Shown here one piece after another: positions 35,257-45,699 of a DNA stretch of 64,000 nucleotides (positions are counted from its first letter, which is position 1; every line of letters begins with the position of its first letter). The DNA comes from Setoptus koraiensis. Lineage: Eukaryota > Animalia > Arthropoda. Location: contig CM106585.1 of NCBI GenBank assembly GCA_048013815.1, forward strand, positions 9,796,001 through 9,860,000. The letters are read 5' to 3'. The notes beneath the pieces were generated by a model. That model saw only the letters and a list, made by a program, of their open reading frames with translations. It was not told the origin of the DNA and made no database searches. The position numbers and the translations under genes were made by a program.

Positions 35257-37279
35257 ATAAATATATATATATGAATGTATTTACGCACATTCAGTCTAGC
35301 CATGTGTACCATGCATTGGCAAGATCGTATCATAGGTCGCTAGGTCGCCATGATGTTTACTTGAGAATCGGAGCGGTGAGAGCATGCGGCTGCTTGCGAT
35401 TCAAGTCAGATAACAAATTAACATGGTTAAGTAAACCCATTGCGACAACACTGGTGAATTTCTCATCCAAGTGAAACTGACTTTCGTAACTTTAGCTGAT
35501 CTTAACCAGCGTCACAAGTCACAGAATCTTGTCGTCATCAGGTTCTATCAGACGTTGATCTAGATGAGTGTAGTTTTAAATAGACTAATATTTTCTATTT
35601 TTAGCTTTGGTTTGACAAAAACTTATCAAATGTCTCAAGCATGAAAGTATAGCAGTAGTTAGTTAGTTTCTTGTAGCGACTTCATCGACTATGAACTTGG
35701 CTAGCTCATCATTGTTTTCCGCCCTTTGCGTCTTTGAATTCTTTTTCTTATATCATAGCTCTCTAGGAGCTGCCTGCGCGATCTTTATCTTCCTCGACTA
35801 TATCTGAGATACTAGACAAAGAAAGAATCGTTGCTACCATGCTCAGTCTATAGAAAAACTAACGACAAACGAATATCCTTCAACAACAAATGCTCTTTAA
35901 GTGTTTATGTTTTAACGACATATAAAACTTAAATACAATGTGCTGTGCGCACATATATCAGATGAGATTGTGTATATGTGTATGTATTGCCTAAGCAAAG
36001 GGCCTAGTCAGATTAGAAGTAATAGTAAATAGGAGAGGGTTTATATTTATTGGCCCGGTTGCAAATAGAGCGAACATGTTAATCATGACGCAATGTCATC
36101 ATTGCGTATGACAAGATGGTAAGTGTGCTAGAGAATAATGATTATAATTTCGGGCTTAAAGTTCATGCAAATCTCACCAGCTTGAGCTCTGAACTTTGAT
36201 TCGGCAAGTTCATAGTCGACTCAACTATGAGCCTCTAAGGTGGACCCGTTTGCGGGGCTGAATATTTTCGCCTAGACAATACTGAGAAGATAAAAAACTC
36301 GCTGTGAGATTATATTATGGTAATCGCTTGTGGCTTGAGAAACGTTAACGTTCAACCTATGACCAATACTTGTCTGTCTATTTCGTGTGGCCACCTACAA
36401 ACCGACTGTATATTCAATTGAGTTCACACAACAAGTTTGGCTCTCGTACATATAGATTTGTCTGGTTACATAAATACATACGTGTAATCGTATATAATTT
36501 ATTTTTATGCCTACATGTATGTAAATATGCGCACTAAGACACGACCCTATGTCCCGTAATCCCGTCTTGTTATCAAGCGCGCGCAATAGTTCATGAGATG
36601 ATTGCGAGTACTAATAGAATAGAAGAGTAGAAAGTTGAAACTGTATCAGAATCATCGCAACAATAGTGTGCTAACTATTTGTGAGAAAGAGAATACCTGC
36701 TAGACATTCCTTTTGAATTAGTTTATTGTTGTCGCCTAATGCGCCTAGCCACGTTGCCAAAGTTTAACATATATTATGGTTCAATAGTTTGTCAGACGTA
36801 CGGCCTAGAGTACGTGGTAGCATCCGCATTTATTTGCAATTAGTTTACATAAGCTGGCATACGTTTATTTAAACAGTTGGACACCAACAACAACCTTACT
36901 GTACCTTGTAGGTGTGCGTGTTTCCGCATGTTATGTGTGACAACATTATGCAACGACGCCACCGCCTACAACAACAACAGCAACAACAGCAACAACAACA
37001 GCAGCAGCAGCAGCAACAACAACAACAACTACAACCACAGCAACAACGACAACAACAAGCTAAAGAGTGACAATAGAGTGACGATACACCACGTTCGTGT
37101 CTGGCACACTTTTCTAGTTGAGTGGCCATTATTATTGGCAGCAGCAGCAACAACAGTCGTATTGCCGACGAAGGTGACAACAACAAACACAAGCCCGGCA
37201 CAAAAATTAGCTACGCAAAGACAACGGAAAAACAGCTACAGCGACAGCACCAAAGAGAAAAGGTAGAGCGCCAAGAGAC

Positions 37280-39250
37280 ATGTCCCGACAGACTAGTTAC
37301 CTGGAAGAAGATAGTGCATTGGGCCAGCCCCAAATGGGGCTCCCCGATGAGTCGGCAAAGCGAGCACCGACGCCAAAGAAGATTACGCATCGCTCACAGT
37401 CATCGCCGTCGTCGTTGATAACACAAAAGTTTGGCCTCAGGCCCACACCTTCGCCACCCAGACTAATTATAGATCATCAAACGGGCGACATTATAGAAAG
37501 CTATCCATCTTCATATAGCCCGGCTCCGTACGGCCAGATACAAAGCAATCACACTGCCTACTTGAACAATAATAGGCAAGCCGCGGCTATAGAAGAAGGG
37601 GACCAATTGTTGGCCGACGGGCAACAAGATCGAGCGCCAATAACAATTGATTATCAGTCCATATTGAACACACTACCGTCGCCATCACAACAAGACCTGT
37701 CCAGTGCACATCAATACAACAATCCATATGATCCGTCAGTGAATCATTTTGTTGTAGGTGGCAATGAGATAATTGGCTCCGATGGCCAGCTGAGACGACA
37801 ATATGGCGTGGATCAATTGAGTAGGTCGCCGTCGCCATCGCCATCGCCAAACAACACCACTAACGATATTGATAACAATTATGATGAAGATAAACGAACT
37901 AAAAGAAGAAGACAACAGCAATTACATGGTAGCTCAAAGAATAGCATTAGTGATAGATTGCATCCTATATTGTCCAGAGAACAACAGAGTCAATTATCTG
38001 ATACGGACAATACAATAGCCATTGTTACATCGCCTTCGCCAACGCCAGACGGTCATCGCAACAGCAACAATGTCAATTCGAATTTCATGAATGACGACGG
38101 GGGCTATAGCGACGACGATAGAACTACCTTTATGATTACACCAAACAAAATACATGCAAAAATGGCCAGATCAACCACCACATCCATGATGCGACGCCAT
38201 CAAATGAATTCAATGGGTCGCTTTGGTCCATCTGCACAACACCATTTACTTAATTTGACGCCAGAGCAACGCCTGCAACGATCTAGACAGCGTTCGCCAT
38301 CGCCAAATATTGAAGATTTTAAACTATACGACATCTGGTATAATTTGCGAATATTATTAATTCTATTAATATCAGTATTGGCAATATATCTAGTATTTGC
38401 CTATTTAATAGAGGACTGTATATTATATCGTCCAACTCATTCGTATATATCAGTATTTATATCTGGTTTAAATATAATATGTGTGTTAATGTTTACATTA
38501 TTTTGGTATTTTACAAGTGTAACTAGGACATTATATTCAAATTTATCATCGTCGGCATTTATTATAAGCATATACTCAATATTAACAGTAGTCAATCTAT
38601 CGATAGCCATAGTATTGTTTTTAATAAATTCGTGTCACTTTCAAAAATTAGTCAATACACAATCATCGTCAGCATTGTTACAATTATCGCCGCCATCGTT
38701 AATTGTAGGAGGTCCACAAGCATCGCCAACTTCATCTCAACAACACCATCACAATCAACAACAACAGCAACAACAATCTAACCAACAGCAAGCCACCGAT
38801 CCATTAGCGGCTAATGAACCATTTGCACCGACAGAGAATGATCCATTCAATGGTGGTGGGGGCGGCAACGAACCATTGGCATTGAAGTTACAAGCGAATC
38901 ACAACGATTTCGACACAATTCTTTTAGAGAGATTAGAGCTACTATCCACAAATAAACAACATCCGAATGATGGCCAGCATTTGCTCAAGCGTCACCTAGA
39001 CAACATGGGTGCCGATGTAGTAAATCAGCCTAACAAGCCGCCACTTATATCGCCATGGGAGGCCGCCTGGGATTACATGAGAGACAATTTCAATGATTTC
39101 AGACGGGCCTTCTATAGGTTCCTCATGAAATATGATCTGAAATTTATAGGTGCCCTACACGCAATCAATTCCATGTGCTTGCAATATTGTGCCATGCGAG
39201 TGGCCGTTATTAGAAGCCATTTTTGTTCGCCAATACCCGTTTACATTTAA
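37280..39250 (+). CDS. Orphan four-pass membrane protein with a long Ser/Pro-rich disordered N-terminus, 656 aa
   Basis: Long ATG ORF; hydrophobic segments LRILLILLISVLAIYLVFAYLI, YISVFISGLNIICVLMFTLFWYF, AFIISIYSILTVVNLSIAIVLFLI and LKFIGALHAINSMCLQYCAM; no family recognised. Confidence 0.85.
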   Translation: MSRQTSYLEEDSALGQPQMGLPDESAKRAPTPKKITHRSQSSPSSLITQKFGLRPTPSPPRLIIDHQTGDIIESYPSSYSPAPYGQIQSNHTAYLNNNRQAAAIEEGDQLLADGQQDRAPITIDYQSILNTLPSPSQQDLSSAHQYNNPYDPSVNHFVVGGNEIIGSDGQLRRQYGVDQLSRSPSPSPSPNNTTNDIDNNYDEDKRTKRRRQQQLHGSSKNSISDRLHPILSREQQSQLSDTDNTIAIVTSPSPTPDGHRNSNNVNSNFMNDDGGYSDDDRTTFMITPNKIHAKMARSTTTSMMRRHQMNSMGRFGPSAQHHLLNLTPEQRLQRSRQRSPSPNIEDFKLYDIWYNLRILLILLISVLAIYLVFAYLIEDCILYRPTHSYISVFISGLNIICVLMFTLFWYFTSVTRTLYSNLSSSAFIISIYSILTVVNLSIAIVLFLINSCHFQKLVNTQSSSALLQLSPPSLIVGGPQASPTSSQQHHHNQQQQQQQSNQQQATDPLAANEPFAPTENDPFNGGGGGNEPLALKLQANHNDFDTILLERLELLSTNKQHPNDGQHLLKRHLDNMGADVVNQPNKPPLISPWEAAWDYMRDNFNDFRRAFYRFLMKYDLKFIGALHAINSMCLQYCAMRVAVIRSHFCSPIPVYI

Positions 39251-39583
39251 TGAGCAATTCTAGTAGGATACTTGCTTGTTAATAGTGCTCAATGTCAGTA
39301 TAAACAACTGTCAGCAACTAATCTGATACATGTATGACCAGCCCACGTTTATTCGGACGCCCGCAAGTTGAAATTACAAAATAGAACAGATAACAGCAAC
39401 TGGCCAACTAATTAGATTTTAGATGAGGTGTCAGATGTCCCATGGTGGACAGTTGTGTAATAATAATATGATGTGTATAAATGTATAGTCAATAATAGAT
39501 TATTTGATTGTGTGATGTCGTTTGTTTGTGTGCCATCGTTTCGGTCAGCTACAATTACAATCGAGGTGACAGTGCCCTCGAAT

Positions 39584-40141
39584 TCACGGTCCGAATAATC
39601 TGGTGTCATTGCTATTAATGTTGCCTTTTGATGATAGTCGCTTTTCGCTCTCATTTAAATAGCCTCTACTGTTATCATTATGTGTACTATTACTGTCACT
39701 GTGATTGGCATGAAGTTTGTTGTTGTGATCGTTCGTTACACTGTTGTTGATCTTGTGCTCTAAAGTGTTATTATATCTCGAGAATTCAAGATGTCCCATC
39801 AGTAATCTGGTAATGTTATTGGCTGGCGAGGCTGCTATTGTTGGCTTAGGCAAACAATTGCGCCGACTCTTTCTGTCTATCGGTGAAACTCTGAGCAAAT
39901 CTTTAACTGTTTTACGTATCCTTAATGGTTTGTGTTTGGCGTGATTGTGTGACTCTTGACTGTCGGATAGATAAGAACAAGATTCAATGTGATAAATTAG
40001 CAGTATCATAACAACTAGCATTGTTACAATGATGGTGAACAAATACACTTTTATTCTACAATAATGAGTTGATGATGTTAAAAGTCGGTGACTATAATTG
40101 CTATTGGCAGGCCGATTCGACGAAACAATGGCCGGTAACAT
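39584..40141 (-). CDS. Putative orphan type II membrane protein, 185 aa
   Basis: ATG with an upstream in-frame stop; one TM segment (VYLFTIIVTMLVVMILLIY), then an Asn/His/Ser-rich ectodomain with several N-x-S/T sequons; no homology recognised. Confidence 0.4.
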   Translation of the reverse strand: MLPAIVSSNRPANSNYSHRLLTSSTHYCRIKVYLFTIIVTMLVVMILLIYHIESCSYLSDSQESHNHAKHKPLRIRKTVKDLLRVSPIDRKSRRNCLPKPTIAASPANNITRLLMGHLEFSRYNNTLEHKINNSVTNDHNNKLHANHSDSNSTHNDNSRGYLNESEKRLSSKGNINSNDTRLFGP

Positions 40142-41833
40142 GGCGAAATTGTTGATGTTGTCGCTGGTAGATATTAAATTAGTTTTCTGTCGCTATCATG
40201 TGTATGGTGTACGAGGTACTGACACTCATTTGAGTTTTTCATCTTTGTTCTCTTATGTAGATTTAGATATCGACAATTCGTCTTCTATATGTTCCATACA
40301 CATTTTTAGGTCATAATATCAATCTACCGGATGTGACTGACTCGGTTGCCGAGTTCACTTGTTGAATTATAATTGTTATCACCGATATTTATTATTAGTT
40401 GGTAATCATTACTCCGTTACAAAGCTAGCCTGAGCCCAAGCATTCATGTATTAATTGTATAAATTATTTCGCAATTATTATATCGCTTGTTGATGATTTC
40501 GAAACAAAATTGGGAAAAAGATAAACTTATACAAATCAAACACAAGTCAACAATGATTACATTACGCGATTCATCTTTCAATTAGCTATGATCAGTTATC
40601 GGAGATGATCCAGCAAATGGTGCAAGTGCTAAAACTATCAATTACTTCTCAACAAAGTTGGTTGGCAAGCTTGGAATACGTGAGTCGTAGATAGAATATC
40701 TTCGAGGTGTGTTAAACTTGAAAAGTGTGCAACCATATCAATATCTCTCGTATACGTAAATATTGATATGCAATAGATTGACTATTTTCGTGATTGCTAT
40801 AGATTGAACGACATACACACACGGGAAGATTGATCCGCCATAATCGCCGGCTAATCTCTCAGAAAGAACGTGATCGATTCATATGGATCATTCTCTATCG
40901 CGATATTGATAGTTGCTGTTGGAGTCACTGGTGCAGATTGCTTAACGCGCCTCATGTCCACCATCAATTAACATTGCGCATAAGGCAATTGGACGGATCC
41001 CAACGGATTGCCGCCGAGGAATCTTCTAGTCATCAAAATATTATGAACCAGGCTACAAATACTCGCCACAAACTGCGCTTCCGTCTCGCAAAAAACAACC
41101 TCTGACATGGCAAGGAACAAAACCCGGGTATCGGTTGCCAATCGACAGCCGATTCAATTCAACAAGCCACTTGTGAGATTCCGTATCCTTACGTTATAGA
41201 CTTTTATCTTGTAAGCTACGCACTATAAATACTCTCACCTTGATGGTTGGCCTGCTACTTTCATGGATATCGACTCAAACTCGTCCAGTGACCGCTACTG
41301 TCAACCTATTCTTAGTTGTTGTCGTGTGCGCGAGGTGGCGTCCATCATGTGCGTAATTACCGATCGTCACATATGTTCTGTTGCACAACCCACACTCTAA
41401 TGTTATTGTTGTACGACATCTGTTGTTTGTTAACGACAGCTTGAGTTTCTTGTTTTAGCCGGACAACTCTTGTAGTGGCCATCACAAACTAACCTTGCTG
41501 TAAACAGGTGTGTAGAATAATAATGTAATCTAATTGTTACACATTTCACAAAATTATACATTATTATATAATAGCCTACAGAGGATAGATTTTCGATTTG
41601 GCTAGATTTGGATATTCATTCAGACACTCATGCGAGCACCTCCAAAGAGGCAGCGATCATTCTGGAGCACGGAGCACAAATGAAAAAGACATGACAAAAT
41701 CTTGCGGTCCACGATACATTAACTATCGCTACCCTTCCATGGCCCTTCAAATGACTTATAGCATAATCTATTAATTTCTGTTGATGAAAGCAAGTTTTTT
41801 CTATCTATCATTTGAGAGCTACCTACCTATGTT

Positions 41834-42778
41834 ATGGATCAAATCGACCCTCTATTGGGTTCATACGCAATAAATGACAATGATGGCGAAGAATTTGAAG
41901 ATGACTCTCTCCTAGAGGACTATGATAATGCAGCTCTCAATGGACTGCACCAACAAGATGATAGGTCTAAAACAACAACTGAGGCTGCCAAGCAATTTAA
42001 ACGAAGCCTACATAACCAAAAGCAGCATAATTTATTGACACATAATGATGCCATCCAACTAGATAGTCTTCTCAATTACAATATCTATGATGCACAATCT
42101 CATTCTAATCATCTCACGCGACACTATCATCATCATAGCCAACAGCATTCACATAGACAACCCTATAAAAATAACAAATTAGGTCTATTTGTTTCATTTG
42201 TTATATTTTTTATAATATTTACCGTCACTGTGTTGCCCTTATTCATGCCATTGACGCCGCCTCCACCCATGAACTCATCATCTGGTCTGATCAACAGTCA
42301 TAATGACCATTACATAAATAGATTGTTTCATGAGGGGCACTCAGATGTACGCTGCAAATGCGTGTGTCCACCATCTCCCACACAAATGTCGTCTACGTCA
42401 TCGACTTCCACGATCAAACCGAAAACCTCCAGTAAAAAAGTGCAAGATCAAGATCCGAAAGAGGCAACAAACGCAGATCCTCTAATTCAAAGACGACTTT
42501 ATGTCGGAAGCACCTCACCGGAGCAATGCAATTGTGTCAACATTGTACAGCCACACATGACTGATACTAAGGTTATTCTAAAAGATTTTTGTGCTAGGTG
42601 CGAATGTAAATATCAGAGTAGAAATACTACGACCATCAGGTGGGTAGTATTATTCATAATAATTGTAATAACTGGACTCTGTTCCTACATGCTTGCTCTG
42701 TCTGTCTTGGAACATTTTAGAGCTAAGCGAAGACTGCTGCCGTCATTTCTGCGACCTACTCGAGTTATGTGTAGTTGA
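41834..42778 (+). CDS. TMEM9: TMEM9-family protein (atypical N-terminal extension, short C-tail), 314 aa
   Basis: DVRCKCVCP, CNC.NIVQP, FCARCECKYQSRNTTTIRWVV plus TM match TMEM9/9B (DIRCKCICP..CNC..YC..CEC.YEERSTTTIK). Confidence 0.88.
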   Translation: MDQIDPLLGSYAINDNDGEEFEDDSLLEDYDNAALNGLHQQDDRSKTTTEAAKQFKRSLHNQKQHNLLTHNDAIQLDSLLNYNIYDAQSHSNHLTRHYHHHSQQHSHRQPYKNNKLGLFVSFVIFFIIFTVTVLPLFMPLTPPPPMNSSSGLINSHNDHYINRLFHEGHSDVRCKCVCPPSPTQMSSTSSTSTIKPKTSSKKVQDQDPKEATNADPLIQRRLYVGSTSPEQCNCVNIVQPHMTDTKVILKDFCARCECKYQSRNTTTIRWVVLFIIIVITGLCSYMLALSVLEHFRAKRRLLPSFLRPTRVMCS

Positions 42779-42847
42779 GTGATGCAAAGGATTGAATACG
42801 ACAGCTAAAGACATAATTTGTTAAAGTATGATTCTATATATTGGTTA

Positions 42848-42861
42848 AATAAAGTTTTATT
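42848..42861. terminator. Back-to-back bidirectional poly(A) signals
   Basis: AATAAA-gt-TTTATT between the convergent TMEM9 and NONO stop codons. Confidence 0.55.
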
Positions 42862-42865
42862 CAGT

Positions 42866-44689
42866 TTACCGGCGGAAGCGCCTTTTTTTAGCAGCTCCTC
42901 CTCCAGCATTATCTCCGCCGAATGGTCTGTTGAATCTCTGGGGTCTTACTTGACCTCCTGTGTTTATCACCCCCATAGCTTGCGGTGGAGGCGGAGCAAC
43001 GTAATTGGGATTGATGGACATTGCCATCGGTGGGCCAAATTGTTGCGGTACAAATCCAAAAGGATTGCCAGGAGGTCCAGGAGGTCCAGGAGGTTGATGG
43101 TTGACCTGATTATGTTGTTGGTTGATTCCTTGTTGATTAACAATCACCGATTGTATATCAAATGGAGGTCCCTGCGGTTGATGGTTTACCTGGTTGTGCT
43201 GTCCGACTACTGGTCGGTTTACATTTAGTGGATCCATCTCAAATGGAGGGCCTTGATGTTGCTGCAGTTGTTGATTTGCTGGAGGTTGTTCATTAGACAT
43301 CACATGTCTGATACTGCTTTCTCTCTCTTGCCTATCGAGGAGGTCTTGGAGAGCGTTTGCTTGCATTCTCAGTTCACTCTCTTGCTGACGAATACCAAGA
43401 TTGTCACCCATTTGTTGCCGTCGCAGTATTTCATCCTCACGTTGACGAATCAGCATGTCCTCGTGTCGGCGTTGTTCTTCGCGTTGTTGCTCCTCAGCCA
43501 TATGCTTCTCTTGTAGCTTTGTATATCTCTGTTTATCGTCTTCCATTTGTTTTAATTGGGCTCTAAGATTAAGTGTGTCGTGCTCCAATCTAGAGCATTC
43601 GACTTGTTCTTGCAATAAACGCCTGGCTTCCAATATTTCTGCTTCCAGACGCTCACGTTTTTGTTTTTCAATTTCATACAGATCTTTCCACCTAACAGCG
43701 AACGCGTGTTCAAAACTGCCTTGCTCAGCAAAGCGCGGACCTACCTCACGCTCTAGGCGAAATTCTTGAGTGTTTTTATTGATTTTCTTCTCTGGGAACC
43801 CGTCGTCCTCATCCCGTTGATCCATAGGTTCTACCAGGACCGGCTTGGGATTGTTGGTTAGCATAAAGCTCTCTTGTTGGCATCTTTTGATAGCGTACAT
43901 TGCGGAAGTTTTTCGAGAGTACTCAACAATACCCTCTCCCGTGCTACGACCCTTATCATTTGTAATGATGACAGCTCTTTCTATTTCTCCAAAATATCTG
44001 AATGCATATGCCAGCAATTCATTTGTCACTTGTGGGGAAAGATTTTTAACTCTGACAGCAGCGGCATGTGCAGCCAGTCTGACATTCAATGTACGTCCTT
44101 CATATACCATGCAATCCAGAGCTGTTCTAGCCGACTCGGCGCTCTGACGAGTATCCATTTTTATAAATGCGAAGGCCTTCCTAGGTTCAAGAAAGACCTC
44201 ACCTATTTCGCCATGCGGTTCAAATAATTCACGCAAATTCTTTTCAGTAATAGACGTTGGTAGATTGGCCACAAACAGCCTACATCTCCCAGTGAATTTT
44301 TTTTCTGCTACTTTAGTCTCAATGAGTGGTAATTCTAAGGTAGGTGCACCGGGCACGAATTTAATAGCACCAGCGCCAGGTCCAGCGTACTGTGTCCTGC
44401 TGTCAGGAGCATTGTTATTGTTATTATTATTGTTGATATTATTAGAATTTGATCTCCTATCTTGAGAATGGTCCTTGTTACTATAATTACTATTGTTGTT
44501 ATTATTATTGTTATTGTTGTCTCTATGCTGGTGTGGATGATGATGTTGTTGCTGTTGTTGTTGATGGTGCTGTTGATGATGTTGACGTTGGTTATTTTGT
44601 CTCTGATGGTGTTGTTGTTGCTGGTGTTGTTGTTGCTGTTGTTGTTGCTGCTGCTGATTGCTGTCGCCGTTCCCCTTTTGGTTGGCCAT
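42866..44689 (-). CDS. NONO: DBHS-family RNA-binding protein (NONO/SFPQ/nonA/Hrp65-like), intronless, 607 aa
   Basis: RRM1 RLFVANLP..FAFIKM, RRM2 VRVKNLSP.VTNELL..AF..GRSTGEGIVEY, NOPS PVLVEP..D.DDG.PE, coiled coil, C-terminal KKRRF NLS. Confidence 0.95.
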   Translation of the reverse strand: MANQKGNGDSNQQQQQQQQQQHQQQQHHQRQNNQRQHHQQHHQQQQQQHHHPHQHRDNNNNNNNNNSNYSNKDHSQDRRSNSNNINNNNNNNNAPDSRTQYAGPGAGAIKFVPGAPTLELPLIETKVAEKKFTGRCRLFVANLPTSITEKNLRELFEPHGEIGEVFLEPRKAFAFIKMDTRQSAESARTALDCMVYEGRTLNVRLAAHAAAVRVKNLSPQVTNELLAYAFRYFGEIERAVIITNDKGRSTGEGIVEYSRKTSAMYAIKRCQQESFMLTNNPKPVLVEPMDQRDEDDGFPEKKINKNTQEFRLEREVGPRFAEQGSFEHAFAVRWKDLYEIEKQKRERLEAEILEARRLLQEQVECSRLEHDTLNLRAQLKQMEDDKQRYTKLQEKHMAEEQQREEQRRHEDMLIRQREDEILRRQQMGDNLGIRQQESELRMQANALQDLLDRQERESSIRHVMSNEQPPANQQLQQHQGPPFEMDPLNVNRPVVGQHNQVNHQPQGPPFDIQSVIVNQQGINQQHNQVNHQPPGPPGPPGNPFGFVPQQFGPPMAMSINPNYVAPPPPQAMGVINTGGQVRPQRFNRPFGGDNAGGGAAKKRRFRR

Positions 44690-45699
44690 AATTAAGTCAG
44701 TTAGTTAATTAATTGTTAATATATTTCATCAAAAATATAATCAGCATCGTATGATCCAGGCGAAAAATAGTAAAAATATCTGACCGTCTTATTCTGTATT
44801 TTTTGGTTCCATTTGCCTGACACACAAACAAATACGCTAACACATTCAGGTATTCGGTCATACTATGACCGTCATAGTATTTGATGAGTATGCACACTGG
44901 CCGCGTCAAAGTTACACACAGAATATTTCGTCAGGGTGTTTCAATCAAATGACCACATCCCACAGACAATGCTACGTACACTCGGCAGTACATTCTCTCG
45001 TATGCACACTGGAATCTATGCCAGCGCACATACAGTGTAGTGTAGTGCTCGGAAGTGGTTCTGTTCTCACTTCTTATGCTCGCTCAAGTTGGCCATTATT
45101 TCACTCTATTCAAACCGGGTAGCGCTCAACCATTGGCACAGTTGTGGTTCGGGCAACCATTTCGAAGACACACTGTGGAGGGCAAGGTCCGACTAGAACA
45201 GCAGTGGCGCACTAGGTATGGCACAGACCTGTCGTGGCGGGTCTCGGACCCGTGGGCACGGGCCACGACATCGGGACCGTGCGGTTTCGGCATTCTCACC
45301 AGCGAGTCAGCATGCAAGCTTGAAAACTCCTCGAGAATGGGCCACTGTCAGAGGGTAGTCGTTGCAAAAAGTTGCGAACAAGAATTTGGCCCCAGAAGCG
45401 AAGAGTCAAACTCGGCAACAACCCGCGACTTTTGAGTGATACCCAGAATGGGTGTGCGCGGTAATCTCCGAGGCACGCGCACAGACACACCATTTTGCAT
45501 GATGCGTGCTTTTGCGCCGCACAGTATTTTCTGAGGGAGGACCTTTCGAATGAGAAAGCCCCTCTACTTCTCTTCGAGGGAGAAGTTCTCTATGCCGCTG
45601 TTCCTAGCTGGCAATTCAATGGGGCTTGTACGTTGCACTCTCCACGGTCTTCTCCTGTATGCGCTTACATGTGTTGCAAAAAACATCCACGAGGGCGGC

